This document shows, piece after piece, positions 1 to 9,984 of a DNA stretch of 64,000 bases. The DNA lies in contig JACPGT010000011.1 in the NCBI GenBank assembly GCA_016188965.1, positions 9,798 through 73,797 on the forward strand, read 5' to 3'. Both the position numbers and the translations under genes were made by a program. This DNA comes from Candidatus Micrarchaeota archaeon (lineage in GTDB: Archaea > Micrarchaeota > Micrarchaeia > Norongarragalinales > Norongarragalinaceae). The stretch's first letter is position 1. Each line of letters begins with the position of its first letter. Below the pieces are notes generated by a model, which was given only the letters and a program-made list of their open reading frames with translations, had not been told where the DNA came from and did not search any database.

Positions 1-1114
1 CCGGATTGATCTGCAACGCCAGTTCCTCGATGGTCGACTGGCTGCGCTGCACCATCTGCATCAATTCCCGCTTCTCCATGACGTTCGTCACGAACGAAAT
101 GGCGTCGCCTTTCTTCCCGGCGCGCGCCGTGCGTCCGATGCGGTGGACGTACACTTCCGGCTCGTCCGGAAGATTGTAATTGATGACCAGTTCGACGTCA
201 TCCACGTCCAGACCCCGCGCCGCGATGTCCGTCGCCACCAGCACGTTCTTGTGCCCGGCACGAAAAGCGTCCATGGAGCGTTCGCGGCGGGCCTGCGTCA
301 AATCCCCGTGAAGGCAGACGTTGTCAAACCCCTTGTCACGCAAAGCGAAGTGCAGGTTGTCCGCGCCGCGCTTGGTGCGGGCGAAGATAATCGTCAAATT
401 CGGCTTGCGCTCCGACAAAATCGTGCAGATGGCGGCCAACTTGTCCTTGCCATCCACCGCCACGTAGTGCTGGCGGATGTTTTCGGCCGTCGTCTTGTCC
501 TCCGACGTCTTGACGACTTCCGGCTGTACCATGTTGGTCCGCGCCAAATCGATGATGGTCGAAGGCATGGTTGCGGAAAACAACGCCGTCTGCTTGTGCT
601 TGGGCGTGTGCTTCAGGATGTCCTTGACGTCGTCGATGAAACCCATGTCCAACATGCGGTCCGCCTCGTCCAACACCACCATCTTGACATGATCCAGTTT
701 GATCGTGTGACGCTCCAAGTGGTCCATGATGCGGCCCGGCGTGGCCACGACGATGTCCACGCCTTCCCGCAGCGGGCCGATTTGGCGCTGGATGTCCTCG
801 CCGCCGTAAACCGCCAACACGCGGTGCGGGCAGTACTTGCCCAGTTCACGGAATTCATCGACCACTTGCAACGCCAATTCGCGCGTGGGGACCAAAATCA
901 AGGCCTGGATCTTCCGCTCGGCCGGCAACGACTGTAGGATGCTCAATGCAAAAGCCGCGGTCTTGCCCGTGCCCGTCTGGGCCTGTCCAATCAAGTCGCT
1001 GCCCTGCAACAACAAGGGAATGGCGTGCTCCTGGATGGGGGTGGGCTCGACGAAACCGGCATCGTGGATGGCTTTCAACAACTCGGGCGCAAGGCGCAAT
1101 TCTTCAAAACGCAT
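1..1114 (-). CDS. DEAD-box RNA helicase (runs off the window edge)
   Basis: Minus-strand translation MRFEELRLAPELLKAIHDAGFVEPTPIQ (Q motif), AQTGTGKT, LDEADRMLDMGF, FSAT, HRIGRTARAG; not in the ORF track because it is open at the edge. Confidence 0.95.
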   Translation of the reverse strand, partial: MRFEELRLAPELLKAIHDAGFVEPTPIQEHAIPLLLQGSDLIGQAQTGTGKTAAFALSILQSLPAERKIQALILVPTRELALQVVDEFRELGKYCPHRVLAVYGGEDIQRQIGPLREGVDIVVATPGRIMDHLERHTIKLDHVKMVVLDEADRMLDMGFIDDVKDILKHTPKHKQTALFSATMPSTIIDLARTNMVQPEVVKTSEDKTTAENIRQHYVAVDGKDKLAAICTILSERKPNLTIIFARTKRGADNLHFALRDKGFDNVCLHGDLTQARRERSMDAFRAGHKNVLVATDIAARGLDVDDVELVINYNLPDEPEVYVHRIGRTARAGKKGDAISFVTNVMEKRELMQMVQRSQSTIEELALQINP

Positions 1115-1396
1115 ACTTAGTTCTCACTCCTCAAAAAAATCAAGCGGCGCTCAACAAAGACGTTGAGGGAGCACCATTTCAGTTGAGTCCCAAAGGCCCC
1201 CCAGCAAAACAATCCAACCCATAAAGCGGAAAAAAGAGTTGGAAAAGTGCTTCAGGCCCAAAAACTCGCAAAAAACAGCGCTCGGGCATTGATTTGATTA
1301 TTCAACAGACAATTCCTTGCCGAAACCGGCTTTAAAACCTATTGATGCGCTTCATAGTTGTATTAATTACAAATAAACGTAAATAACTTTAAATAC

Positions 1397-1416
1397 AATT
1401 ACATACAGATGTAATT
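1397..1416. promoter_or_regulatory. Palindromic operator candidate upstream of the AAA ATPase
   Basis: AATTACAT-acag-ATGTAATT directly after a TTTAAATA box. Confidence 0.55.
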
Positions 1417-1428
1417 AAGTGATGTTTC

Positions 1429-2919
1429 GTGGAACCGCTCGAAATTGCCAGAATACTCCAATCGTATAATCCGTGGTGGATTGGTAAGCCTTTGTCTTCA
1501 GTGCCAATCCACTATCGGCGTGATTATTTTCATCTGAAAAAGCTACTTTTAGAAAAAGAACACCGAACGATTGTCATATCGGGTCCCCGTCAAGTGGGAA
1601 AAACAACAATTGTAAGACAACTAATTGATTGTGTTCTTAAAGAAAAAAATGAAGATGGAACGCCAAAATTTGAACCGAAGCGCGTAATGTATGCCACGCC
1701 AGAAATTATTGCCAACGTTTCCGGATCAAAAAAAACTTTGCCGGGGATATTGGCCGCATACGAAGACCTCGTTTTAGGGGAAAAACTCAATTCGACGACG
1801 AAGGATACGCTCATCTTTCTTGACGAAATCCAAGTTGAGCAGGATTGGGCGGAAACGATTAAGCCCTATTTGGATGCCAATCCAGAAAAACTGACTTTTG
1901 TCGTCACCGGCTCCTCGCGGTTAAGTTTGATGGAAAATAGCGCAGAGACTCTGCCGGGCAGACATCTGCCCTACATTTTACTTCCGTTGAAGTTTGGTGA
2001 TAGGCTGTCTTTCAGACATCCTGAACTCCCTGATTTACGGCCGGTGTTTCTGACCGCGGGGGGCATACGAGAAACGCTAATTGAGTCGGTAAAAACTGGA
2101 GATGTAATGCCAATCTACAACCAAGCTGCCCGGATTCTGTTATCGCTTAGTAAGGAAACCCAGGTTACGATAGCAAAGGAACTCACGGTACACTTGCAAG
2201 AGGGCGGGTATCCGCAAATAGTTCTAGAAAATGAAGCAGGTCTGAAGTACGAAATATTCAAAACATACATTTCAGACATTTCGGCAAAAGACCTAGAACA
2301 CTCCAGAAAACCGCAATTGGCCCAACGCTTACTTCTTAACCTGGCAAAATACAACGCGCAAAAAATGAAAGAAAGCGAAATCCGTGAAGAAACCTATAGG
2401 GGGCAAACAGGAAGCCCTAGCACTATTCAAACTTATCTGGACTATTTAGAGCAACTGGCCATAATCAAGCGGGTCTACAAAAATAAAAGCAACAAAAACA
2501 TTCGTCAAAGAAAGCCCAAACTTTACTTTGCGGATACTGGGCTAAGAAATTCAATGCTAGGGTATCTAGAAGGGGACCTATCCCGAGAGGAATTGGGCCT
2601 CCTGGCTGAAACGGTTGCGCTGGATCATCTTTTACGACTTCTATTCAAAATAAGGGGTCACGCTAACAACGTATATTTTCACCAGCACAATGACCAAGAT
2701 AAAGAAATTGATTTCGTGGTGCGGAACCAACACGACCAAGTAACTATGGCTATCGAAGTAAAGTATCGAGAAACCGGCGTGCAAGACATTGGCGAGTTAA
2801 GGAAACTAAAAGCGGAAAAACCAGACGTGTTGGCAATCGTACTCACAAAAGACTTTCTGAAAGTCGAAAATGAAAAAATCCTTTACTTGCCGCTCTGGTT
2901 GTTTTTACTTACGGCCTAA
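1429..2919 (+). CDS. AAA+ ATPase, AAA_14/DUF4143 family
   Basis: GPRQVGKTT, FLDEIQ, VTGSS, GGYP, KLYFADTGL, EIDFV...IEVK C-terminal PD-(D/E)XK-like motif. Confidence 0.9.
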   Translation: MEPLEIARILQSYNPWWIGKPLSSVPIHYRRDYFHLKKLLLEKEHRTIVISGPRQVGKTTIVRQLIDCVLKEKNEDGTPKFEPKRVMYATPEIIANVSGSKKTLPGILAAYEDLVLGEKLNSTTKDTLIFLDEIQVEQDWAETIKPYLDANPEKLTFVVTGSSRLSLMENSAETLPGRHLPYILLPLKFGDRLSFRHPELPDLRPVFLTAGGIRETLIESVKTGDVMPIYNQAARILLSLSKETQVTIAKELTVHLQEGGYPQIVLENEAGLKYEIFKTYISDISAKDLEHSRKPQLAQRLLLNLAKYNAQKMKESEIREETYRGQTGSPSTIQTYLDYLEQLAIIKRVYKNKSNKNIRQRKPKLYFADTGLRNSMLGYLEGDLSREELGLLAETVALDHLLRLLFKIRGHANNVYFHQHNDQDKEIDFVVRNQHDQVTMAIEVKYRETGVQDIGELRKLKAEKPDVLAIVLTKDFLKVENEKILYLPLWLFLLTA

Positions 2920-3695
2920 GAGCTGCAGCTTTCCAGATGCAAGTCGTACCCCGGCGGAACCGGGCACTTGCCGGAAACAATGCAGGCCTCGGCCGTGACG
3001 GTGGAAAGCAGGGATTTGACATCTTCCGTAGCCGGGCCGTACGAGATGAGCAGCTGGTCCAAATCACGCAGTTGATAGCCGGCCGAGTCAGGATTCCAGT
3101 TGCCGTTAACGTAAAACCGCAGGCTCCTTGACGCATCCGTGCAATACAGCGGCTCGCCGGCCGCCACCTGGATACACGACTGGTTCAAAACGCCGTCAAA
3201 AGTGCCGAAAAGGTAGCTCAACGGCACGCCGGACGCATGCAAGTGCACCACGTGGCCGTTGCCGTCATGAAAATGGACGTACTCCGTTAACGCGCGCTCG
3301 TTCGTGCTCTGAAAACGGCGTTCCGAGAAATTGACCGCAACGCCCTGGATGTAAACCTGGATGTCGGCATGCACGTGCTGGTTCTTTTCGAAAAACCCAG
3401 TCTTAAGATTGAAACCCGGACCGGACGCGTACACGACAGCCGCAATCAAAAACATCAATACACCCGCTCCGGCCAGCGGCCACTTACGGAATGAAACGCC
3501 GAAACCGGTCGCCACTGCGCCTGCCACGAAAAGCGCCGCCAAGGCGCCGAACTGCCACAGCGGAATCGTCGCCTCACCCAACACGGGCGCGGCACAACTC
3601 TGCACTTCCGAGCCGTCTTCCTCATGCGCCATAACCAACGCCGAAAACAAGGACAGCAGTAAGACGGAAAAAACAAGCAGACGCATGATTAGCAT
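2916..3695 (-). CDS. Membrane-anchored His-rich hypothetical protein
   Basis: Signal peptide, 2 TM segments, HVHAD and HFHDGNGHVVHLH motifs, several Cys. Confidence 0.75.
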   Translation of the reverse strand: MLIMRLLVFSVLLLSLFSALVMAHEEDGSEVQSCAAPVLGEATIPLWQFGALAALFVAGAVATGFGVSFRKWPLAGAGVLMFLIAAVVYASGPGFNLKTGFFEKNQHVHADIQVYIQGVAVNFSERRFQSTNERALTEYVHFHDGNGHVVHLHASGVPLSYLFGTFDGVLNQSCIQVAAGEPLYCTDASRSLRFYVNGNWNPDSAGYQLRDLDQLLISYGPATEDVKSLLSTVTAEACIVSGKCPVPPGYDLHLESCSS

Positions 3696-3819
3696 TGGGG
3701 AAAAAAATCGATTTAACCCTATCGGCGCAAAGGGAAAAAAATCGGCAAAAAAAGAGCCGAAGCTAGACGAATGAAAAAAAAACGCGCGATATCCGAAGTT
3801 TCCGGAAAAAAAAGAATCG

Positions 3820-3858
3820 AAAAAGAAAAAGGAAAAACGGGAGCCGCAAGGCCCCCGT
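3820..3858 (-). terminator. Hairpin plus U-tract terminator of the CxxC-x17-CxxC gene
   Basis: Minus strand ACGGGGGCC-TTGC-GGCTCCCGT followed by T-runs. Confidence 0.6.
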
Positions 3859-3883
3859 CAACTGGCTAAACGTCTAAACCAAG

Positions 3884-4099
3884 TTACTGGCCGTCGTCGT
3901 AGCCGCGTCCGCCACCGCGTCCGCCGCCGTAACCGCCGCCACCGTGGAAGTCACGCTTGGGCTTGCGGTGCTTGGGGAAACAGTTCTGACAGTACACCGG
4001 GCGGTCCGCTTTCGGCTCGAACGGCACTTTGCAGGCCTGGCCGCAGTCGCTGCACGTGGCATCGAAGAGGCTTCTTCCAAACTTGTCTTGGTCACTCAT
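3884..4099 (-). CDS. CxxC-x17-CxxC zinc-ribbon protein with Gly/Arg-rich tail
   Basis: CSDCGQACKVPFEPKADRPVYCQNC followed by GGGRGGGRG. Confidence 0.9.
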   Translation of the reverse strand: MSDQDKFGRSLFDATCSDCGQACKVPFEPKADRPVYCQNCFPKHRKPKRDFHGGGGYGGGRGGGRGYDDGQ

Positions 4100-4383
4100 A
4101 TTCTTACTTCACCTACTCTACAATAGGCAAAACGATTTCCGAAAAAAAGGTCGATACTCGCTTCAATTTCTATCCGCTTCGTTCCGAACTTCCAGGAACC
4201 CGGTTTACCTATGACTTACAATCTTGTCCCGAAAGACGCTTTTAAGGCTATGTTTTGATGCTGACCGGTGACGATTGTGAAAGCCACGCAACCGGTCCAA
4301 AACGGAACAACATCCAAAAATCATACAATGCACTACCAGTAAGCAACGAATATATAGTTAGATGAACATTTAATCTATTGGTG

Positions 4384-4629
4384 ATGGAAATGAACGTGAA
4401 CCTCGGAGCACCATATGAACACATCGTCCAAAAACTCATCGAAAAAGGCTACGCGGGAAACCAAACCGAAGTCATCCGACAGGCGCTTATGGCGTTGGAA
4501 CGTGAAATCGACGAGGAAGAAGCCCAATTGGTCCATAAAGCCGTGGAAATCGAAATGAACAAAATCCGAACGGGCAAAACCAAGACGCACTCCATGAAAG
4601 ACGTATTCAAAGAAGCGGGTTTGGAATGA
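4384..4629 (+). CDS. Putative antitoxin (ParD/CopG-like RHH)
   Basis: LIEKGYAGNQTEVIRQAL motif; overlaps the downstream toxin-like gene. Confidence 0.7.
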   Translation: MEMNVNLGAPYEHIVQKLIEKGYAGNQTEVIRQALMALEREIDEEEAQLVHKAVEIEMNKIRTGKTKTHSMKDVFKEAGLE

Positions 4630-4889
4630 ACATCGAGTTTTCCGACACGGCAAAAGAAGACTTCGAAGGTTTTGAGCGGCAGTTACAGCTTTTTTTTAAA
4701 AGCCACCTAGAAAAATTGTCGGAGATGCCGCCACGTCGCCACCTGAAACACGGCGTGCCCCACCATGTGGAAAACGTGACGAAACAGGCCCGAATGGTTT
4801 ACAACATTGAATCGGATACGCTGTACATCATCCGCTGTTTTGCCACGCACAAGGAATACGAGAAGTGGTATAGGTCATACCAGCAATGA
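4626..4889 (+). CDS. Putative RelE/ParE-like toxin
   Basis: 87 aa, MNIEFSDTAKEDF start, RMVYNI...LYIIRCFATHKEY end; ATGA overlap with the antitoxin. Confidence 0.7.
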   Translation: MNIEFSDTAKEDFEGFERQLQLFFKSHLEKLSEMPPRRHLKHGVPHHVENVTKQARMVYNIESDTLYIIRCFATHKEYEKWYRSYQQ

Positions 4890-5048
4890 AACGGCCAAAA
4901 AACCATAAAAGAATAACGGACCGGTTGCACGCTCCGGCAAACAACCTTAAAAAACAGCCCGTACACCGAAATAACCGGTTCAACCAGCTACCGTTGAGGC
5001 CAAACCCCGACGCGACCAAACAACGCCCGGAGACAGCCAAACCAAACA

Positions 5049-5134
5049 GGAGGGGTAGCAAAGCTTGGCCAAATGTGCAGCGTTCAGGGCGCTGTCCCTT
5101 TGTGGGTTCGTGGGTTCAAATCCCACCCCCTCCA
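5049..5134 (+). tRNA. tRNA-Leu(CAG)
   Basis: GGAGGGG/CCCCTCC acceptor stem, CAGCG-TTCAGGG-CGCTG anticodon arm, long variable arm, GGTTCAAATCC T-loop; CCA not encoded. Confidence 0.93.
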
Positions 5135-5258
5135 CTATCCAAAAACACGCCAGAAAAAGGATTTTTAACCCGGCGCGTTCCAAGACAATCCCCGCTTACG
5201 CGCGTAAGCCGCTTTGTCTTTCCAACGCCGATGGCGACAAGTCAAGGTAAGATTCTTC

Positions 5259-6371
5259 ATGAAGATACCCAACCCGTACGAGAACCCGCATTACAAGAAA
5301 CTGCTCGTCGTGCCGGCCGTACTCATCGCCATCTCCCTGGGCCTGATTTTCTTCGGCCCCGGCATCAAGCCCGGCATCGACTTCAAAGGCGGCTTGCTGA
5401 TCACCATTCAATCCACCAGCGGCATCGACTCGGCCGCCCTCTCGGCTGCCATCGAACGCGTCGCCGGCGAAAAACCCGCCTTGCGCGTCTTTGAGAGCCC
5501 CGCCGGTTCCGGCGTCGAAATCGAACTACCCCTCAAAGCCCAGCTGGACCAAGCTGACGAACAACTCGCAACCGTACACTCCCTCCAAGAACAATACGAC
5601 CGCGCCCGCATCGCACTGTCGCAAGGCCAAGGAAGCCAAAGCGCCACCGACGCCCTCGGACGGCAACTGCTGGACGCCGCCGCGGCCACGGTCAAGACCG
5701 CCAGCGGCAGCAGCCTAAGCACAACCGAGCCCACCGCCGCGGTCATTGAAGCTGAAAACGCCGTGGCCGACGCCCGCAGCGCCTACCGCCAAGCCCTGCT
5801 GGACGCCGTCAACAGCGCAGTCACGGCTGACTCGGTCCTGGTGCGCGAAGTCGGCTCGTCGTTAAGCGGCTTCTTCTTTTCCAAACTCCAGCAAGTCGTC
5901 CTCATCTCTTTGGTCCTGCTGGCCCTCATCGTCTTCATCATGTTCCGCTCCATCGGACCCAGCCTCGCCGTCATGATCGGCCCCCTGACGGACGTCATCA
6001 TCGCCGCCGGCGCCATGAGCCTATTCCAAATCCCGTGGAACTTAGCCTCCATCGCCGCCATGCTCATGCTCGTCGGCTTCTCCCTAGACTCATACACCAT
6101 GCTGACCGTCCGCATCCTCAAACGCACCCAGGAAGGCACCGGGCCGGAACGCGCGTTTGACGCCACCAAGACGGCCTTCCTGATGAACGCCGCCCAAATC
6201 ACCGGCTTCGGCGTCCTGGCCGCCATCGCCATGGTACTGCAAGTGCCCACGTACTACCAAATCGGCATCGTCGCCACCATCGGCGGCCTCACGGACTTCG
6301 TCACCACGTGGTTCGGAAACGCGCCGTTACTGCTCTGGATGAGCGAACGCAAACGGAGGAACGCCCAATGA
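5259..6371 (+). CDS. secF: Protein translocase subunit SecF
   Basis: GIDFKGG motif, large external domain, C-terminal TM bundle with GFSLD; coupled to secD. Confidence 0.9.
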   Translation: MKIPNPYENPHYKKLLVVPAVLIAISLGLIFFGPGIKPGIDFKGGLLITIQSTSGIDSAALSAAIERVAGEKPALRVFESPAGSGVEIELPLKAQLDQADEQLATVHSLQEQYDRARIALSQGQGSQSATDALGRQLLDAAAATVKTASGSSLSTTEPTAAVIEAENAVADARSAYRQALLDAVNSAVTADSVLVREVGSSLSGFFFSKLQQVVLISLVLLALIVFIMFRSIGPSLAVMIGPLTDVIIAAGAMSLFQIPWNLASIAAMLMLVGFSLDSYTMLTVRILKRTQEGTGPERAFDATKTAFLMNAAQITGFGVLAAIAMVLQVPTYYQIGIVATIGGLTDFVTTWFGNAPLLLWMSERKRRNAQ

Positions 6372-7972
6372 ATATCCCCCGCCTCCTGGCCAACCGCAAA
6401 ATCCAAATCCTCATCGTCCTGCTGTTCATCTGCACGTTCCTCATCTTCCTGCGCGACGGCGACCCCTCCACCATCGATTTGAACCTCGGCATCGAATTCG
6501 AAGGCGGCGTCCGCATCCCCATCTCGCTGGAAAAAACGGTCGACGCCCAACAGATGTCCGTCATGGTCGACACCATCAAGACCCGAATCAACAAATTCGG
6601 CCTGACGCAGGCCGTCGTGCGCCCGCTGGGCAACAAGGAAATCCTCGTCGAACTGCCCAAAGCACAAGCCAGCGTCATCAAAAGCGTCGAATCCATCCTC
6701 CGCGACCAAGGCCAATTTGAAGCCATCGTCGCAGGCAAAACCGCCCTGAACAGCTCGCACATCATCCCCACTGGCATCGGCGGAGCCAACGGAGAACAAA
6801 TCAATCCCGACGGCAGCTGGCAACTGACCTTCAGCGTAACCGGTGAAGGCGAACTGCACTTTGCCACCATCGCCTCCGGACACAAAGGCGAAAACGTCTA
6901 CATGTTCCTCGACCGGCCCCACGAAGCCGCCTTGCTGGTGCCCCGCGACTACATCCCGCCCGGCTCCGTCATCACCGAAGCGCTCCAAAAAGAAGGCGAC
7001 GACATTCGGCTATACTACCTGGAAGACGTCACCGCCAACACCACCTACGCCGCCGCCACCCTTATCATCCCGCAAAACCTATCCGCCAGCCACCCGGCCA
7101 TCTACCGAGCCTTGCAAAACGCCGGTTACTCCACCACCAACGCCTCGGCAGAAAAGAAACTCGTCAGCGCAACCGAAGCCGAACTGCGGCCCCAACTGCT
7201 AGGATTCGGAACCGGCGCCGCACTCACCGGATGGGACGCCATCGGCCTGCAATCCGCACCCGTCCTCCAAGTCGAACCCCTCCGCAAAGCCACCATCACC
7301 CAATACTCCATCACCGGCTCCGCCCAAGGCGCCGACGCGAAAGAACTCAAAGAAAACGCGGCCATCGAAGTCCGCGAACTCAAATCCGTCCTCGCCGGCG
7401 GCCGCCTCCCCGTCGCCGCATCCGTCGGAAGCTACTACAACATCGCCCCCACCTTAGGCAACCAATTCCTCATCTACAGCTTTTACGGCGTCGGAGCCGC
7501 CATCCTCCTAGTCGCCATCGTCGTCACCCTGTTCTACCGCCGTTTTGAACTGATCTTGCCCATCATGTTCACCCTCGTAATCGAAATATTCGTCACCATC
7601 ACCCTGTTAGGCGCCCTAGGCACGCTCGATTTAGCCGCCATGGCCGGCGTCATCGCCCTCATCGGCTCCAGCGTCGACAACCAAATCGTCATCACCGACG
7701 AGTTGACCAAGAAACGCGGACACGACGTCTCGACCAAACGCCGCTTCCAAGACGCGTTCTACATCGTATTCACTACCGCCGGCCTCGCCTTCGCCTCCAT
7801 GCTCCCATTGCTGTTGTCCGGCATCGTCGAAATCGCGGGCTTCGCCGTCGCCGCCATCCTCAGCGTCATCGTCGGCATCCTCATCACCCGCCCCGCCTAC
7901 GCCGCCGTCGTCGAAGAAACCCTCTTCGACCACGAAACGCCCCACGGCGGACACGAACACAAGAAAGAGTAA
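6368..7972 (+). CDS. secD: Protein translocase subunit SecD
   Basis: LNLGIEFEGG, RINKFGL, GGRLP, IAPTLG, IGSSVDNQIVITDE. Confidence 0.92.
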   Translation: MNIPRLLANRKIQILIVLLFICTFLIFLRDGDPSTIDLNLGIEFEGGVRIPISLEKTVDAQQMSVMVDTIKTRINKFGLTQAVVRPLGNKEILVELPKAQASVIKSVESILRDQGQFEAIVAGKTALNSSHIIPTGIGGANGEQINPDGSWQLTFSVTGEGELHFATIASGHKGENVYMFLDRPHEAALLVPRDYIPPGSVITEALQKEGDDIRLYYLEDVTANTTYAAATLIIPQNLSASHPAIYRALQNAGYSTTNASAEKKLVSATEAELRPQLLGFGTGAALTGWDAIGLQSAPVLQVEPLRKATITQYSITGSAQGADAKELKENAAIEVRELKSVLAGGRLPVAASVGSYYNIAPTLGNQFLIYSFYGVGAAILLVAIVVTLFYRRFELILPIMFTLVIEIFVTITLLGALGTLDLAAMAGVIALIGSSVDNQIVITDELTKKRGHDVSTKRRFQDAFYIVFTTAGLAFASMLPLLLSGIVEIAGFAVAAILSVIVGILITRPAYAAVVEETLFDHETPHGGHEHKKE

Positions 7973-8109
7973 AAGCGCGCCGGAGAATTCACCGGCCAGG
8001 ACGCCTCCATTGGTTCTTAACCACCAGCGTACGCTTTGACTACGGGAATGAGAAAATGGAAAACCAAAGCGTTAAAATAATTCAAAATCACCTGGAATTA
8101 GGTGAAATT

Positions 8110-8370
8110 ATGTCAAATAACGTTACCTTGAATCTCAAAGTTGACGCATATACTCGCAAAGTACTCGGCGTCATCAAAGAAAAGTACGGCCTAAACGACA
8201 TGGGACAAGCACTGGACAAACTTGCGCATACATACGGCGACGCCTATGTCGAACATGAAGCCTCCGACGAATACGTCAAGAAAATCCTAGCCATCGAAGA
8301 AGAACACTTCCGGAAATACGGACACAGGGCAATGAGCAAGAAAGAAATGGACGAACTCTTCGGAAAGTGA
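8110..8370 (+). CDS. Putative antitoxin (DUF2683-like)
   Basis: Small protein (RKVLGVIKEKYGL) directly upstream of a RelE-like toxin; GGTGA SD before the ATG. Confidence 0.65.
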   Translation: MSNNVTLNLKVDAYTRKVLGVIKEKYGLNDMGQALDKLAHTYGDAYVEHEASDEYVKKILAIEEEHFRKYGHRAMSKKEMDELFGK

Positions 8371-8374
8371 ACCA

Positions 8375-8656
8375 ATGGCCCCGCAATACGCCTTCAGCGA
8401 CAAACTGAAGGCCATCATCCAAAAACTCCGAAGCAGCGACCCGCAACGGTTAGAACGCATCTACAAAAAAATCAACCAAATCATCGAATCCGACGAGACG
8501 ACCATCGAGCACTACAAAAACCTCAAGAACCCCATGAACCGCCTCAAAAGAGTCCACATCGACTCCAGCTTCGTGCTGACTTTTCACTACGACAAAGCCA
8601 AAAAATTCATCCTCTTCGTCGACTTCGACCACCACGACAACATCTACCGCAACTGA
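8375..8656 (+). CDS. RelE/YafQ-family toxin
   Basis: HYKNLKNPMNRLKRVHIDSSFVLTF...DFDHHDNIY. Confidence 0.85.
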   Translation: MAPQYAFSDKLKAIIQKLRSSDPQRLERIYKKINQIIESDETTIEHYKNLKNPMNRLKRVHIDSSFVLTFHYDKAKKFILFVDFDHHDNIYRN

Positions 8657-8659
8657 CCC

Positions 8660-9061
8660 TCACCCACCCGGCTTCTGCCACCACCACGCCGCCGACGCCA
8701 CGGCCACTAACAACGCGCCGAACGCCACCAACAACCACACCGCCGACGCCGGAGGCTGCCACGGCTTGGACACGCGGCCAGAGCGTGCCGGCAACGCCTT
8801 GGACACCAAGCCCGCCGTCAGCACGCCCCCTTCCGACTCCTCCGCCACCCGCGGCTTCGGCACGGAATCCGCGTTCTTGAATAACCACGCCGTCACCCGG
8901 CCCGGCAATTCCAACGATTTGGAATCCGAAGGCAAGACCACCGTCGACACGCGGGCGGCTTCAACAAAGCCCCCGGCAGGCGCCAAACCCTGCACCGACG
9001 ACGTCCACAAAACGCCTAACGCCATCAGAACCAACAACCAACGCAACATGAAGACCACCAT
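8660..9061 (-). CDS. Hypothetical membrane protein
   Basis: N-terminal signal-like segment and C-terminal TM helix. Confidence 0.55.
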   Translation of the reverse strand: MVVFMLRWLLVLMALGVLWTSSVQGLAPAGGFVEAARVSTVVLPSDSKSLELPGRVTAWLFKNADSVPKPRVAEESEGGVLTAGLVSKALPARSGRVSKPWQPPASAVWLLVAFGALLVAVASAAWWWQKPGG

Positions 9062-9223
9062 GACCTACTTGGAAAGCGACAACCAACACGCGCACAGCTC
9101 GCACTCCGAACCGCATGCCTCACGTAAACCCGAATCCCGAAAACGCATTCCGAACACCTGCTACTGAAACCAGTCCAAACCCAGACAGACCGCGACAAAA
9201 CCGCTATCCACCGGCCGACACCA

Positions 9224-9577
9224 TCAAAACCACTTCACCACTTCGAACTCTTTTTCCGCCCGCTTGACGCACACCACGCCCGCAGGCTCGCTGCGCTTGG
9301 CCGACTCCACCGCGATGACGTGACCCAACAAACCCCGCACGCGGAAGCGGTTGCCCTCCGCATCCCGCACCTGAACGAACGGATTAAACAACTGCCGAAG
9401 CTTACGAGGGTAAACGAACTGCACCGTACCCACGAAAACGGCCTCGCCATTGACCTCCGCCGGCACCAACAAACCGGACTTTGAAACACTCGTTTGTTCC
9501 GACACCGACGCGCCACTCGCAGTCACGGCCACAGCCGCCTTATCTTCCACCCTTCCCCCATTCCAGAATCCTTCCAT
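9224..9577 (-). CDS. Hypothetical protein
   Basis: ATG with SD-like GAGG; beta-rich C-terminal half. Confidence 0.5.
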   Translation of the reverse strand: MEGFWNGGRVEDKAAVAVTASGASVSEQTSVSKSGLLVPAEVNGEAVFVGTVQFVYPRKLRQLFNPFVQVRDAEGNRFRVRGLLGHVIAVESAKRSEPAGVVCVKRAEKEFEVVKWF

Positions 9578-9984
9578 CCGCCTCAAACACCTCAAAGCTC
9601 CGCTAGACCCAATACGCCAAACGTCCAAACCGCAGGCTGGACCCTACAAAGTCCTGCCGCGCCAAGACAAAGCCAAAAACGCCCGTCCGCCTTCCAAAAA
9701 CCCAACCTTCAAGCTGGCTTAGGAAAACGTTTCGGCGCCCTGAAGCAGGCCTGGTCAGACCCGCCGCCCCACCCAAAACGCGAAAAAAAGCGCCCGAGCG
9801 AGACTCACAATGTCTTGGACCACTTCCTACGAAATTTACATTTATATACGTTATGCAAAGATGCTTGAGAAAAAAAGAGGAATTGAAGCTCTTTTTGTAA
9901 AGCAATAATGTGAAAATAACGTAAACCAGTAAAGATAAACGGGAAATAATTGCGTAATAAAATAATCGTACGCTCGGTGGGATT

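Noticed and set aside
143-937. 264-aa plus-strand ORF and the many similar overlapping ORFs in the track
   Set aside because: Antisense or shadow frames of clear genes in GC-rich DNA; this one overlaps the DEAD-box helicase
5049-5134. tRNA used as an integration site for a provirus
   Set aside because: No integrase and no duplicated tRNA 3' end noticed in the window
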